NCBI GenBank assembly: GCA_963802435.1
Contig: CAWDIT010000013.1
Location: 111,113 to 175,112 of the forward strand
Source of the DNA: an uncultured bacterium
Lineage (GTDB): Bacteria; Pseudomonadota; Gammaproteobacteria; Burkholderiales; Burkholderiaceae_C
DNA: 64,000 nt
Direction of reading: 5' to 3'
Shown: piece by piece, positions 11,532 to 19,807 of the stretch
Layout of the letters: every line of letters starts with the position of its first letter
Position numbering within the stretch: position 1 is the first letter of the stretch
Translations under genes and position numbers: made by a program
The notes under the pieces: generated by a model
The model's input: only the letters and a program-made list of their open reading frames with translations
Databases searched by the model: none
Told to the model about the DNA's origin: nothing

Positions 11532-13046
11532 ATGGACCTGCTCAACAACCTCGCGCTCGGTTTCGGCGTCGCCTTCACGCTGCAGAACCTGGCCTACGCG
11601 TTCTTCGGCGCGGTGCTGGGAACGCTGATCGGCGTGCTGCCCGGGCTCGGCCCGGTGGCCACGATCGCGATGCTGCTTCCCAGCATCTACGCGCTCGACG
11701 CGACACCGGCGCTGATCATGCTGGCCGGCATCTACTACGGTGCGCAGTACGGCGGTTCCACGACGGCGATCCTGATCAACGTGCCGGGCGAGTCTTCGTC
11801 GGTCGTGACGGCGATCGACGGCTACCAGATGGCGCGCCGGGGTAGGGCAGGTTCTGCGCTCGCTGCCGCAGGTCTGGGGTCCTTCTTCGCCGGCTGCGTG
11901 GGCACGATCGTGATCGCCGCCTTTGCGCCGCCGCTGACCGAGCTTGCCTTCAAGTTCGGCCCGGCCGAGTACTTCTCGCTGATGGTGCTCGGACTGATCG
12001 GCGCTGTCGTTCTGGCCTCGGGCTCGCTGATCAAGGCGATCGCGATGATCATCCTCGGCCTGCTGCTCGGTCAGATCAACACCGACGTGATCTCCGGCGT
12101 GCCGCGCTACAGCTTCGACATCCCCGAGCTGACCGACGGCATCGGCTTCGTCGCCATCGCGATGGGCGTGTTCGGCTTCGGCGAAATCATTGCCAACCTG
12201 GGCATGCCGGCGGAGCATCGCGAGGTGTTCACGAAGGACGTGAAGGGCCTGTGGCCGACCCGGCAGGACTTCCGGGACGCGTGGCCGGCGGTCCTGCGAG
12301 GAACGGCGCTCGGCTCGATGCTCGGCGTGCTGCCCGGCGGCGGCGCGCTGCTGTCCGCGTTCGCCGCCTACACCGTGGAGAAGAAGATGCGCATGCGGCC
12401 CGGTGAAGTGCCGTTCGGCAAGGGCAACATCCGCGGCGTGGCCGGTCCGGAATCGGCCAACAATGCCGGTGCGCAGACCTCGTTCATCCCGATGCTCACG
12501 CTGGGCATCCCGCCCAACGCCGTGATGGCGCTGATGGTCGGCGCGATGACGATCAAGGGCATCCAGCCCGGCCCGCAGGTCATGACGAGCAACCCCGAGC
12601 TGTTCTGGGGCCTGATCGCGTCGATGTGGGTCGGCAACGCGATGCTGGTGGTTTTGAACCTGCCGCTGATCGGCATCTGGGTCAAGCTGCTGACCGTCCC
12701 TTATCGCTTCCTCTTCCCCGCCATCATCGTGTTCTGCTGCGTGGGGCTCTACACGCTGAACAACAACGCCTTCGACGTCTACATCGGCGCCGGTTTCGCG
12801 GTGGCTGGCTACGTGTTCTACAAGCTGAGCTGCGAGCCGGCGCCGCTGCTCCTCGGCTTCATCCTCGGTCCGCTGATGGAAGAGAACCTTCGCCGGGCGC
12901 TGCTCCTCAGCCGCGGTGACTGGAGCACCTTCGTGACGGGGCCGCTGTCGGCGGGCCTCTTGATCGCCGCCGCGCTGATGATCGTGGTGGTGATGCTGCC
13001 GTCGATCAAGAGCAAGCGCGCGACCGTGTTCGTCGAGGAGCCCTGA
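11532..13046 (+). CDS. tctA: tripartite tricarboxylate transporter large permease TctA
   Basis: 504-aa polytopic protein with TctA-like motifs (GVLPGLGP, GAQYGGSTTAILINVPGE, GVLPGGGA). Confidence 0.9.
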   Translation: MDLLNNLALGFGVAFTLQNLAYAFFGAVLGTLIGVLPGLGPVATIAMLLPSIYALDATPALIMLAGIYYGAQYGGSTTAILINVPGESSSVVTAIDGYQMARRGRAGSALAAAGLGSFFAGCVGTIVIAAFAPPLTELAFKFGPAEYFSLMVLGLIGAVVLASGSLIKAIAMIILGLLLGQINTDVISGVPRYSFDIPELTDGIGFVAIAMGVFGFGEIIANLGMPAEHREVFTKDVKGLWPTRQDFRDAWPAVLRGTALGSMLGVLPGGGALLSAFAAYTVEKKMRMRPGEVPFGKGNIRGVAGPESANNAGAQTSFIPMLTLGIPPNAVMALMVGAMTIKGIQPGPQVMTSNPELFWGLIASMWVGNAMLVVLNLPLIGIWVKLLTVPYRFLFPAIIVFCCVGLYTLNNNAFDVYIGAGFAVAGYVFYKLSCEPAPLLLGFILGPLMEENLRRALLLSRGDWSTFVTGPLSAGLLIAAALMIVVVMLPSIKSKRATVFVEEP

Positions 13047-13134
13047 CGCCACGCAGTCGGCGCTGAAGCCTGACCGGCTCGACCGGGCGGAGTGATGCAC
13101 GGCGCCTTGGAGACTTCCTCATCAGGGACGAGAG

Positions 13135-14754
13135 ATGCAGCAGACATTCGACTGGACCCGAAGCTACCCGAGCGTGCGCCTGCCGGTGTTCGGCCGCAAC
13201 GTGGTCTCCACCTCCCACCCGCTGGGCGCGCAGGCCGGGCTGCGCATGCTGCTGGCGGGGGGCAATGCGGTCGATGCGGCGGTCGCGGCGGCCGCGGTGA
13301 TGACGATCGTCGAGCCGGTCAGCAACGGCCTCGGCAGCGACGCGTTCTGCATCCTGTGGGACGGCAAGGAGTTGCACGGCCTGAACGCCTCGGGACGTGC
13401 GCCGGCGGCCTGGACGCCCGGCTACTTCAGACGCAAGTACGGCGCCGATGCGAAGGCGCCGCCCCGTCGGGGCTGGGACTCGGTCACCGTGCCCGGTGCC
13501 GTGGCCGGCTGGGTGAGTCTGAGCGATCGCTTCGGTCGTCTGCCGTTTGCCGACCTGCTGCAGCCGGCCATCGAGATCGCCGAGCGCGGCTATGCGGTGC
13601 CTGTCGTCGTGCAACAGAAGTGGGCCGCGGCGGCGGCACTGCTCGCCGGCGAGCCCGGCTACGCCGAGGCCTTCATGCCGCGCGGGCGTGCGCCGGAGGT
13701 CGGCGAGCTGTTCCGCTTCGAGGCTGCGGCGCGAACGCTGCGGCTGATCGCCGACAGCCGCGGCGAAGCCTTCTACCGTGGCGAAGTCGCCGAAGCTGCA
13801 GCGCACCATGCGCGCAGCTACGGAGGGGCGATGACGGCCGCCGATTTCGCCGCCGGCGCGCCCGAATGGGTCAAGCCGCTGGCGAAGGACTACCGCGGCC
13901 ACACGCTGCACGAGATCCCGCCCAATGGCCAGGGCATCGCGGCGCAGATCGCGCTCGGCATCCTGCAGCACTTCGATCTCGCCGCGCTGCCGGTGGACGG
14001 CGCGGCCTCGCAGCACCTGCAGATCGAGGCGATGAAGCTCGCCTTCGCCGACGTCTACCGTTACGTGTCCGAGCCGGCGAGCATGCAGCTTTCTTCGGCT
14101 GCGATGCTGGACGATGGCTACCTCGCCAGCCGCGCGAAGGCGATCGACCCGAAGCGGGCGCAGGAGTTCGGGGCCGGCAACCCGGTGAAGGGGGGAACGA
14201 TCTACCTCACTGCTGCCGACGAGCGCGGCATGATGGTCAGCTTCATCCAGAGCAACTACATGGGCTTCGGCTCCGGCGTCGTCGTGCCGGGCTACGGCCT
14301 GGCGCTGCAGAACCGCGGCCACGGCTTCTCGCTGGACGCGGCCAGCCCGAACGTCGTCGCGCCGGGCAAGCGGCCGTTCCACACCATCATCCCGGGCTTC
14401 CTGACGCGAGAGGGCCATGCTCTCATGTCGTTCGGCGTGATGGGCGGCAACATGCAACCGCAGGGTCACCTGCAGACGCTGGTGCGCATGCTCGACCACG
14501 CCCAGCATCCGCAAGCGGCGTGCGACGCGCCGCGCTGGCGCTTCAACCAGGGGCTGGAGATCAACGTCGAGCGCAGCATGGACCGGGGCACCGTCGAGGG
14601 GCTGATCGAGCTCGGGCATCGGATCGACGTGATCGACGATTCGTACCAGGACTTCGGTGCCGGCCAGTTCATCTGGCGCCTCGGCGATCCCGGCGTCGAG
14701 GGCTACGTGGCGGCGAGCGACCCGCGGCGCGATGGGCAGGCCGCGGCGTTCTGA
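13135..14754 (+). CDS. ggt: gamma-glutamyltransferase family protein
   Basis: GGNAVDAAVAAA, LGSD, the autoprocessing site GGTIYLTAAD, and a C-terminal MGG..QPQ motif. Confidence 0.88.
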   Translation: MQQTFDWTRSYPSVRLPVFGRNVVSTSHPLGAQAGLRMLLAGGNAVDAAVAAAAVMTIVEPVSNGLGSDAFCILWDGKELHGLNASGRAPAAWTPGYFRRKYGADAKAPPRRGWDSVTVPGAVAGWVSLSDRFGRLPFADLLQPAIEIAERGYAVPVVVQQKWAAAAALLAGEPGYAEAFMPRGRAPEVGELFRFEAAARTLRLIADSRGEAFYRGEVAEAAAHHARSYGGAMTAADFAAGAPEWVKPLAKDYRGHTLHEIPPNGQGIAAQIALGILQHFDLAALPVDGAASQHLQIEAMKLAFADVYRYVSEPASMQLSSAAMLDDGYLASRAKAIDPKRAQEFGAGNPVKGGTIYLTAADERGMMVSFIQSNYMGFGSGVVVPGYGLALQNRGHGFSLDAASPNVVAPGKRPFHTIIPGFLTREGHALMSFGVMGGNMQPQGHLQTLVRMLDHAQHPQAACDAPRWRFNQGLEINVERSMDRGTVEGLIELGHRIDVIDDSYQDFGAGQFIWRLGDPGVEGYVAASDPRRDGQAAAF

Positions 14755-14767
14755 ACCTTATCCCGGC

Positions 14768-15133
14768 CTAGGAGCGTGAGAGGGAATCCAATGCGCCCGC
14801 GCCGGGGTGGGCAAGGGCGCTGGGGTAGGCGCGGCGCGCCGCCCAGGCTCGTGCCTGGGCAAGCGGCGCAACACCGCCCAGCGCCCTTGGGTACCCCGGC
14901 CCGAAGGGTGAGGTCCCAAGACGGCCCCACTCGTCGTTGCAAATGCTCGCCGGGGGTCGCCCGCAGCCGACCTGCTCGCGCAGCGTGCAGGCGCAGGGCG
15001 ACCACTGGCGTTGCTGCGCTGTGGGCTGCGCGCACGGCCGCTGCGCAACGCCACCCCGGCTCCGCTTTGCGCCTAGATTGGGCCCGCCTTGGGGTCTCAC
15101 GCGGGTGCATTGGATTCCCTCTCACGCTCTAAC
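14768..15133. mobile_element. MITE-like non-coding element bounded by roughly 33-bp terminal inverted repeats
   Basis: 14772..14794 (gagcgtgagagggaatccaatgc) is the exact reverse complement of 15107..15129. The repeat extends to about 33 nt with 2 mismatches. There are internal sub-palindromes and no credible ORF. Both strands give shadow ORFs starting MRGNPM. Confidence 0.6.
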
Positions 15134-15623
15134 GCCGCGGCTGCGGAGTTCGATCTGGTTGCGGCAGCCGGCGTTGATGACGCGCAGCTCGGCAAGGGTC
15201 TCCTCGATCTGCCCGCGCTTCTTCTCGAGCGCTGCGATCGCGGCGTCGGTACGCGCGATCACGTAGTGCAGTTGCTGCAGCCGGCCCTCGCCGTGGCTGC
15301 CGTAGAGGTCGAGGTACTGCTTGATGTCGGCCAGCGTCGAGCCGATCGCCTTGGCGCGCAGGATCAGCGTCAGTCGGGCCCGGTCGCTGCGCGTGTAGAC
15401 GCGCGCGCCGTTGACGCGCCGCGGCGCGAGCAGTCCCTTGTCCTCGTAGAAGCGCAGTGCGCGCAGCGTGATGCCGAACTCCCGGCACAGTTCTGTGATG
15501 CCGAACAGCTCGGTCGTGCCTTCGTTGCGGTGCGAATCGACGAAGGCCTGCGCGTCGCGGGCCGTGCTTGCCGGTGAGCGCGAGCGCCGCGCGGACGCGG
15601 GTGGGGGCGGCGGGTCGCTCACG
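15122..15623 (-). CDS. MerR-family transcriptional regulator (LiuR-like)
   Basis: HTH motif FGITELCREFGITLRALRFYEDKGLL followed by a coiled-coil dimerisation helix. It is divergent from the acyl-CoA carboxylase operon. The start was set to GTG 15623 because upstream sequence overlaps the SCP2 gene. The last 3 codons and the stop lie inside the repeat element. Confidence 0.75.
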
Positions 15624-15645
15624 CGGTCCTGCAGCGGACGAGGGG

Positions 15646-15942
15646 TCAGATGACGCGCTGCAGGCGCATCGCGACGCTCATGTCGCCGGCGACCTTGAGC
15701 TTGCCCATCATGAAGCCGGTGGCGGGTTCGAGCTCGCCGCTCAGCAGGGCGGTCAGGTTCTCCAGCGTGATGCCGACCGTGCAGTCGCACTCGACGTTGT
15801 CATTGCTCACCGAGTTCGGTGCGCTGCGACCGTCGATGCAGATCGTGCCGTCGGCCCCGCAGTCGAACTTCAGCGTGGCGTTCAGGCCGCTGTCGGCGCC
15901 GACCTTGGTGCGTATGGCCTGGGTGCATTCTTCTAGATTCAT
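15646..15942 (-). CDS. SCP2 sterol/lipid-carrier domain protein
   Basis: MNLEECTQAIRTKVG..ATLKFDC..GITLENLTALLSGELEPATGFMMGKLKVAGDMSVAMRLQ matches the SCP2 C-terminal signature. Confidence 0.8.
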   Translation of the reverse strand: MNLEECTQAIRTKVGADSGLNATLKFDCGADGTICIDGRSAPNSVSNDNVECDCTVGITLENLTALLSGELEPATGFMMGKLKVAGDMSVAMRLQRVI

Positions 15943-16035
15943 CGGGATGCGTCCTGTCGCGGATGGAGGTGAGGCCGCCATGCTATCGGCTCAGCATCAC
16001 CAGCGGCATAGTGTAATCACTGATACGAGAGCATG

Positions 16036-16066
16036 TTGACGTTAACGTGACCTTCACTTCTAATGC
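16036..16066 (+). promoter_or_regulatory. MerR-type promoter candidate: -35 TTGACG, 19-bp spacer, -10 TAATGC, with embedded dyads
   Basis: TTGACG at 16036..16041, a spacer at 16042..16060 (19 nt) and TAATGC at 16061..16066. The palindrome ACGTTAACGT lies at 16039..16048, and GTGAC-N16-GTCAC spans 16046..16071. The site is 75 nt upstream of the carboxyltransferase ATG. Confidence 0.5.
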
Positions 16067-16141
16067 GTCACTGAACACCGAAGACCTCATGACCGATCCG
16101 ACCTTCCCACTCCCGCGCCAGGCTCCGGCGGCGTCGTACTG

Positions 16142-17755
16142 ATGCCCGCCCTCGTCTCGAAGATCGACCCGCGCGCCACTGCCTTCGGCGTCAATGCGCG
16201 GTGCATGCAGGAACGGCTCGCCGAGGTGCAGCGGCTGGAGCAGCTGGTGATCGCCGAGTCGCAGGCGAAGCGCGAGCGCTTCGAGAAGCGCGGCCAGCTG
16301 CTGCCGCGCGAGCGCGTGGCGCGCCTGCTCGACCGCGGATCGATCTTTCTCGAGCTGAGCCGCCTCGCCGGGCTGAACATGCACGACGACGACGGCAAGA
16401 AGTCGGTGATGGGCGGCGGTTCCATCGTCGGCATCGGCGTCGTCGCCGGCCGGCGCTGCCTCGTCTCGGCGAGCGACAGCGCGGTCAAGGGCGGCACCGT
16501 CGCGCCGATGGGCCTGAAGAAGGCGCTGCGGGCGCAGGAGATCGCGCGCGAGAACAAGCTGCCGCTCGTCTACCTCGTCGAGTCGGGCGGCGCGAACCTG
16601 ATGTACCAGAGCGAAATCTTCATCGAAGGCGGGCGCAGTTTCGCCAACCAGGCGCGGCTGTCGGCGGCTGGCATCCCGCAGGTCGCCGTCGTGCACGGCT
16701 CGTCCACTGCCGGTGGCGCCTACCTGCCCGGTCTGTCGGACTACGTGATCCTGGTGCGCGGCCGTTCGAGCATCTACCTGGCCGGTCCGCCGCTCGTGAA
16801 GGCCGCAATCGGCGAGGACGCGAGCGACGAGGAGCTCGGCGGCGCCGAGACGCACGCCGAAGTCACCGGCCTCGGCGAGTACCTTTGCGAGAACGACGCG
16901 CACGCGATCGCGCTGGCGCGCGAGCTGCTCGACAAGCTGCAGTGGGACACGGTGCCTGCCGCGCAGGCCGAAGCTGCGGCGCCGCTGTTCGACGAGCAGG
17001 AACTGCTCGGCATCGTGCCCGCCGACGAGCGCGAGCCCTACGACGTGCGCGAGGTCGTCGCACGTCTCGTCGACGGTTCCGACTTCCTCGAGTTCAAGGC
17101 CCGCTACGGCAGCGAGACGGTCTGCGGCCACGCCCGCGTCGATGGCCAGCTCGTCGGCGTCCTCGGCAACAACGGCCCGATCCAGCCGAACGGCTCCACC
17201 AAGGCGGCGCAGTTCATCCAGCTCTGCGATCAGAGCGGCACGCCGCTCGTCTTCCTGCAGAACACCACCGGCTACATGGTCGGCTCGGTGGCCGAGCGCA
17301 GCGGTGCGATCAAGCACGGTTCGAAGATGATCCAGGCGGTGGCCAACGCGCGGGTGGCGAAGTTCACCTTCGTGATCGGCGGCTCGTACGGCGCCGGCAA
17401 CTACGGCATGTGCGGACGCGGCTTCGACCCTCGATTCATCTTTGCCTGGCCCTCGGCGCGCACTGCGGTGATGGGCGGCGCGCAGGCGGCCAAGGTGATG
17501 GATATCGTCAACCGCGCCAAGCTCGAGCGCAGCGGCGTGGCGGCGAACGAGGAGGCGCTGAAGGCGATGTCGGACGGCCTGCGCAACCGGCTCGACCGCG
17601 AATCGGCGGCGCTGTTCGGCACCGCCAGGCTGTGGGACGACGGCATCATCGATCCGCGCGACACGCGGCGCGTGCTGGCGCTGTGCCTCGCGCTGGCGCG
17701 CGAGGCCGATGCCCGGGCGCTGCGCCCGAACACCTTCGGCGTGGCAAGGATGTGA
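16142..17755 (+). CDS. acyl-CoA carboxylase carboxyltransferase (beta) subunit, AtuC/LiuB family
   Basis: 537 aa with carboxyltransferase motifs (GGGSIVGIG, VESGGANL, GGAYLPG, FLQNTTGYMVG, GGSYGAGNYGM). Confidence 0.92.
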   Translation: MPALVSKIDPRATAFGVNARCMQERLAEVQRLEQLVIAESQAKRERFEKRGQLLPRERVARLLDRGSIFLELSRLAGLNMHDDDGKKSVMGGGSIVGIGVVAGRRCLVSASDSAVKGGTVAPMGLKKALRAQEIARENKLPLVYLVESGGANLMYQSEIFIEGGRSFANQARLSAAGIPQVAVVHGSSTAGGAYLPGLSDYVILVRGRSSIYLAGPPLVKAAIGEDASDEELGGAETHAEVTGLGEYLCENDAHAIALARELLDKLQWDTVPAAQAEAAAPLFDEQELLGIVPADEREPYDVREVVARLVDGSDFLEFKARYGSETVCGHARVDGQLVGVLGNNGPIQPNGSTKAAQFIQLCDQSGTPLVFLQNTTGYMVGSVAERSGAIKHGSKMIQAVANARVAKFTFVIGGSYGAGNYGMCGRGFDPRFIFAWPSARTAVMGGAQAAKVMDIVNRAKLERSGVAANEEALKAMSDGLRNRLDRESAALFGTARLWDDGIIDPRDTRRVLALCLALAREADARALRPNTFGVARM

Positions 17756-17834
17756 CCACGCCGAAGGGCCATTGCATGCGGCACATTCGCCGCGTGTGCC
17801 CGCTGAATCTCGAGGCCTACCAGAGACCGACACG

Positions 17835-18989
17835 ATGAAGTTCTCCCCCGAACACGAGCAGATCGCCGACACCGTCCGCAGGTTCGTCGCGAAAGAGATC
17901 AACCCCTTCGTTGCCGAGTGGGAAGCGGCGCAGCAGTTTCCGATCCACGAGGTCTTCAAGAAGCTCGGCAACCTCGGCCTGCTCGGCCTGAAGTACCCGG
18001 CCGAGTACGGCGGGATGGACCTCGACTTCAGCTACTCGATGGCCATGGCCGAGGCGCTCGGTGAGTGCAACTGCGGCGGCGTGCCGATGGCCATCGGCGT
18101 GCACACCGACATGTGCACCCCGGCGCTGGCGCGCTTCGGCTCCGACGAGCTGCGCCGCGAGTTCCTGGCGCCGTCGATTGCCGGCGACATGGTCGGCTGC
18201 ATCGGCGTCAGCGAGGCCGGTGGCGGATCCGACGTCGCAGCGGTGAAGACGCGGGCGCAGCGCGACGGCGACGACTACGTGATCAACGGCTCGAAGATGT
18301 GGATCACCAACGGCATGACGGCGGACTGGTGTTGCCTGCTCGCCAACACCTCCGAGGGTTCGCCGCACAAGAACAAGAGCCTGATCGTCGTGCCGATGGA
18401 TGCGCCCGGCATCACGCGGCAGAAGATCCGCAAGATCGGCATGGACTCGTCCGACACCGCGCAGCTCTTCTTCGACAACGTTCGCGTGCCGCGGCGCAAC
18501 CTGATCGGCCAGGAGGGCATGGGCTTTACCTTCCAGATGCTGCAGTTCCAGGAGGAGCGACTGTACGGCGCGGCCGGCTCGCTGCGCTCGCTCGACCGGC
18601 TGATCGACCAGACGATCGAGTACACGCGCCAGCGCCAGGCCTTCGGCAAGAGCATCCTCGACAACCAGGTCGTGCACTACCGGCTCGCCGAGCTGCGCAC
18701 CGAGGTCGAGGCGCTGCGTGCACTGACGTATCGCGCCGTCGAGCTCTACGTGTCGGGCAAGGACGTGACGCGCCTCGCGTCGATGGCCAAGTTGAAGTGC
18801 GGCCGCCTGTCGCGCGAAGTCACCGACTCGTGCCTTCAGTACTGGGGCGGCATGGGCTACACCTGGGACAACCCGCTGTCGCAGGCGTACCGCGACAGCC
18901 GGTTGATCTCGATCGGCGGGGGTGCGGACGAGGTGATGCTCGGCATCATCTGCAAGCTCGAGGGCACGCTGCCCGGAAAGTCGAAGTGA
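17835..18989 (+). CDS. acyl-CoA dehydrogenase (AtuD/citronellyl-CoA dehydrogenase-like)
   Basis: ATG at 17835. Motifs: GCIGVSEAGGGSD, YVINGSKMWITNG, GGMGYTWDNP, IGGGADEVM. From memory it resembles AtuD more than isovaleryl-CoA dehydrogenase. Confidence 0.88.
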   Translation: MKFSPEHEQIADTVRRFVAKEINPFVAEWEAAQQFPIHEVFKKLGNLGLLGLKYPAEYGGMDLDFSYSMAMAEALGECNCGGVPMAIGVHTDMCTPALARFGSDELRREFLAPSIAGDMVGCIGVSEAGGGSDVAAVKTRAQRDGDDYVINGSKMWITNGMTADWCCLLANTSEGSPHKNKSLIVVPMDAPGITRQKIRKIGMDSSDTAQLFFDNVRVPRRNLIGQEGMGFTFQMLQFQEERLYGAAGSLRSLDRLIDQTIEYTRQRQAFGKSILDNQVVHYRLAELRTEVEALRALTYRAVELYVSGKDVTRLASMAKLKCGRLSREVTDSCLQYWGGMGYTWDNPLSQAYRDSRLISIGGGADEVMLGIICKLEGTLPGKSK

Positions 18990-19807
18990 GCGTGGCCGCA
19001 CTCGACCTGCCGGCGTTCGCGACCGTTGCGGCGCGCGCCGATGGCGCGGTGCTGCATCTCACGCTGAACCGGCCGGAAGCGCGCAACGCGATGTCGCTCG
19101 CGATGGTGGGTGAACTTCAGCGCGCGCTGGCCGCGGCCGAGGAGAGCGGCACGATCCGGGTCGTCGTGCTGCGCGGCGCGGGCGGACATTTCTGCGCCGG
19201 TGGCGATCTGAAAGACATGGCCGCCGCACGCATGAAGGCACAGGCACCCGGCGAAGACGCCATCGCCGAGGTGAACGCGCAGTTCGGCGCGCTGTGCGTC
19301 GCCTATTCGCGCACGCCGCTGGCGCTCGTCGCGGTGCTCGAAGGCACGGTGATGGGCGGGGGCTTCGGCCTCGCCTGCGTGGCCGACGTCGCGCTCGCCG
19401 GCGACAGCGTGGCGTTTCGCCTGCCCGAGACGACGCTCGGCGTCGTGCCGGCGCAGATCGCGCCCTACCTCGTCGAGCGCATCGGCACCTCGCAGGCCAG
19501 GCGCCTCGCGGTCAGCGGCGCCCGGCTCGATGCCGTGGCGGCACTCGCCATCGGCCTGGTGCACGAAGTGCATGCGGGCGCCGCGCTCGACGCGGCGCTG
19601 GCGCGGGTGATCGACAGCATCCTGCAATGCGCGCCCGACGCCGTTGCGCAGACCAAGCGTCTCGTCGCGCTGGCCCGCTTCAAATCACCGGCCGACCTCG
19701 TCGCCGAAGCCGCGGAGGTGTTCTCGCGCGCGGTGCAGGGGCCCGAGGGCATCGAGGGTACGACCGCCTTTCTGCAGAAGCGCAAGCCGAACTGGGCGCC
19801 GCAATGA
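18986..19807 (+). CDS. enoyl-CoA hydratase/isomerase family protein (AtuE/LiuC-like)
   Basis: The GTG start overlaps the upstream stop (GTGA). Crotonase motifs LNRPEARNAM, FCAGGDLK and EGTVMGGGFGLA are present. Confidence 0.85.
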   Translation: MSVAALDLPAFATVAARADGAVLHLTLNRPEARNAMSLAMVGELQRALAAAEESGTIRVVVLRGAGGHFCAGGDLKDMAAARMKAQAPGEDAIAEVNAQFGALCVAYSRTPLALVAVLEGTVMGGGFGLACVADVALAGDSVAFRLPETTLGVVPAQIAPYLVERIGTSQARRLAVSGARLDAVAALAIGLVHEVHAGAALDAALARVIDSILQCAPDAVAQTKRLVALARFKSPADLVAEAAEVFSRAVQGPEGIEGTTAFLQKRKPNWAPQ

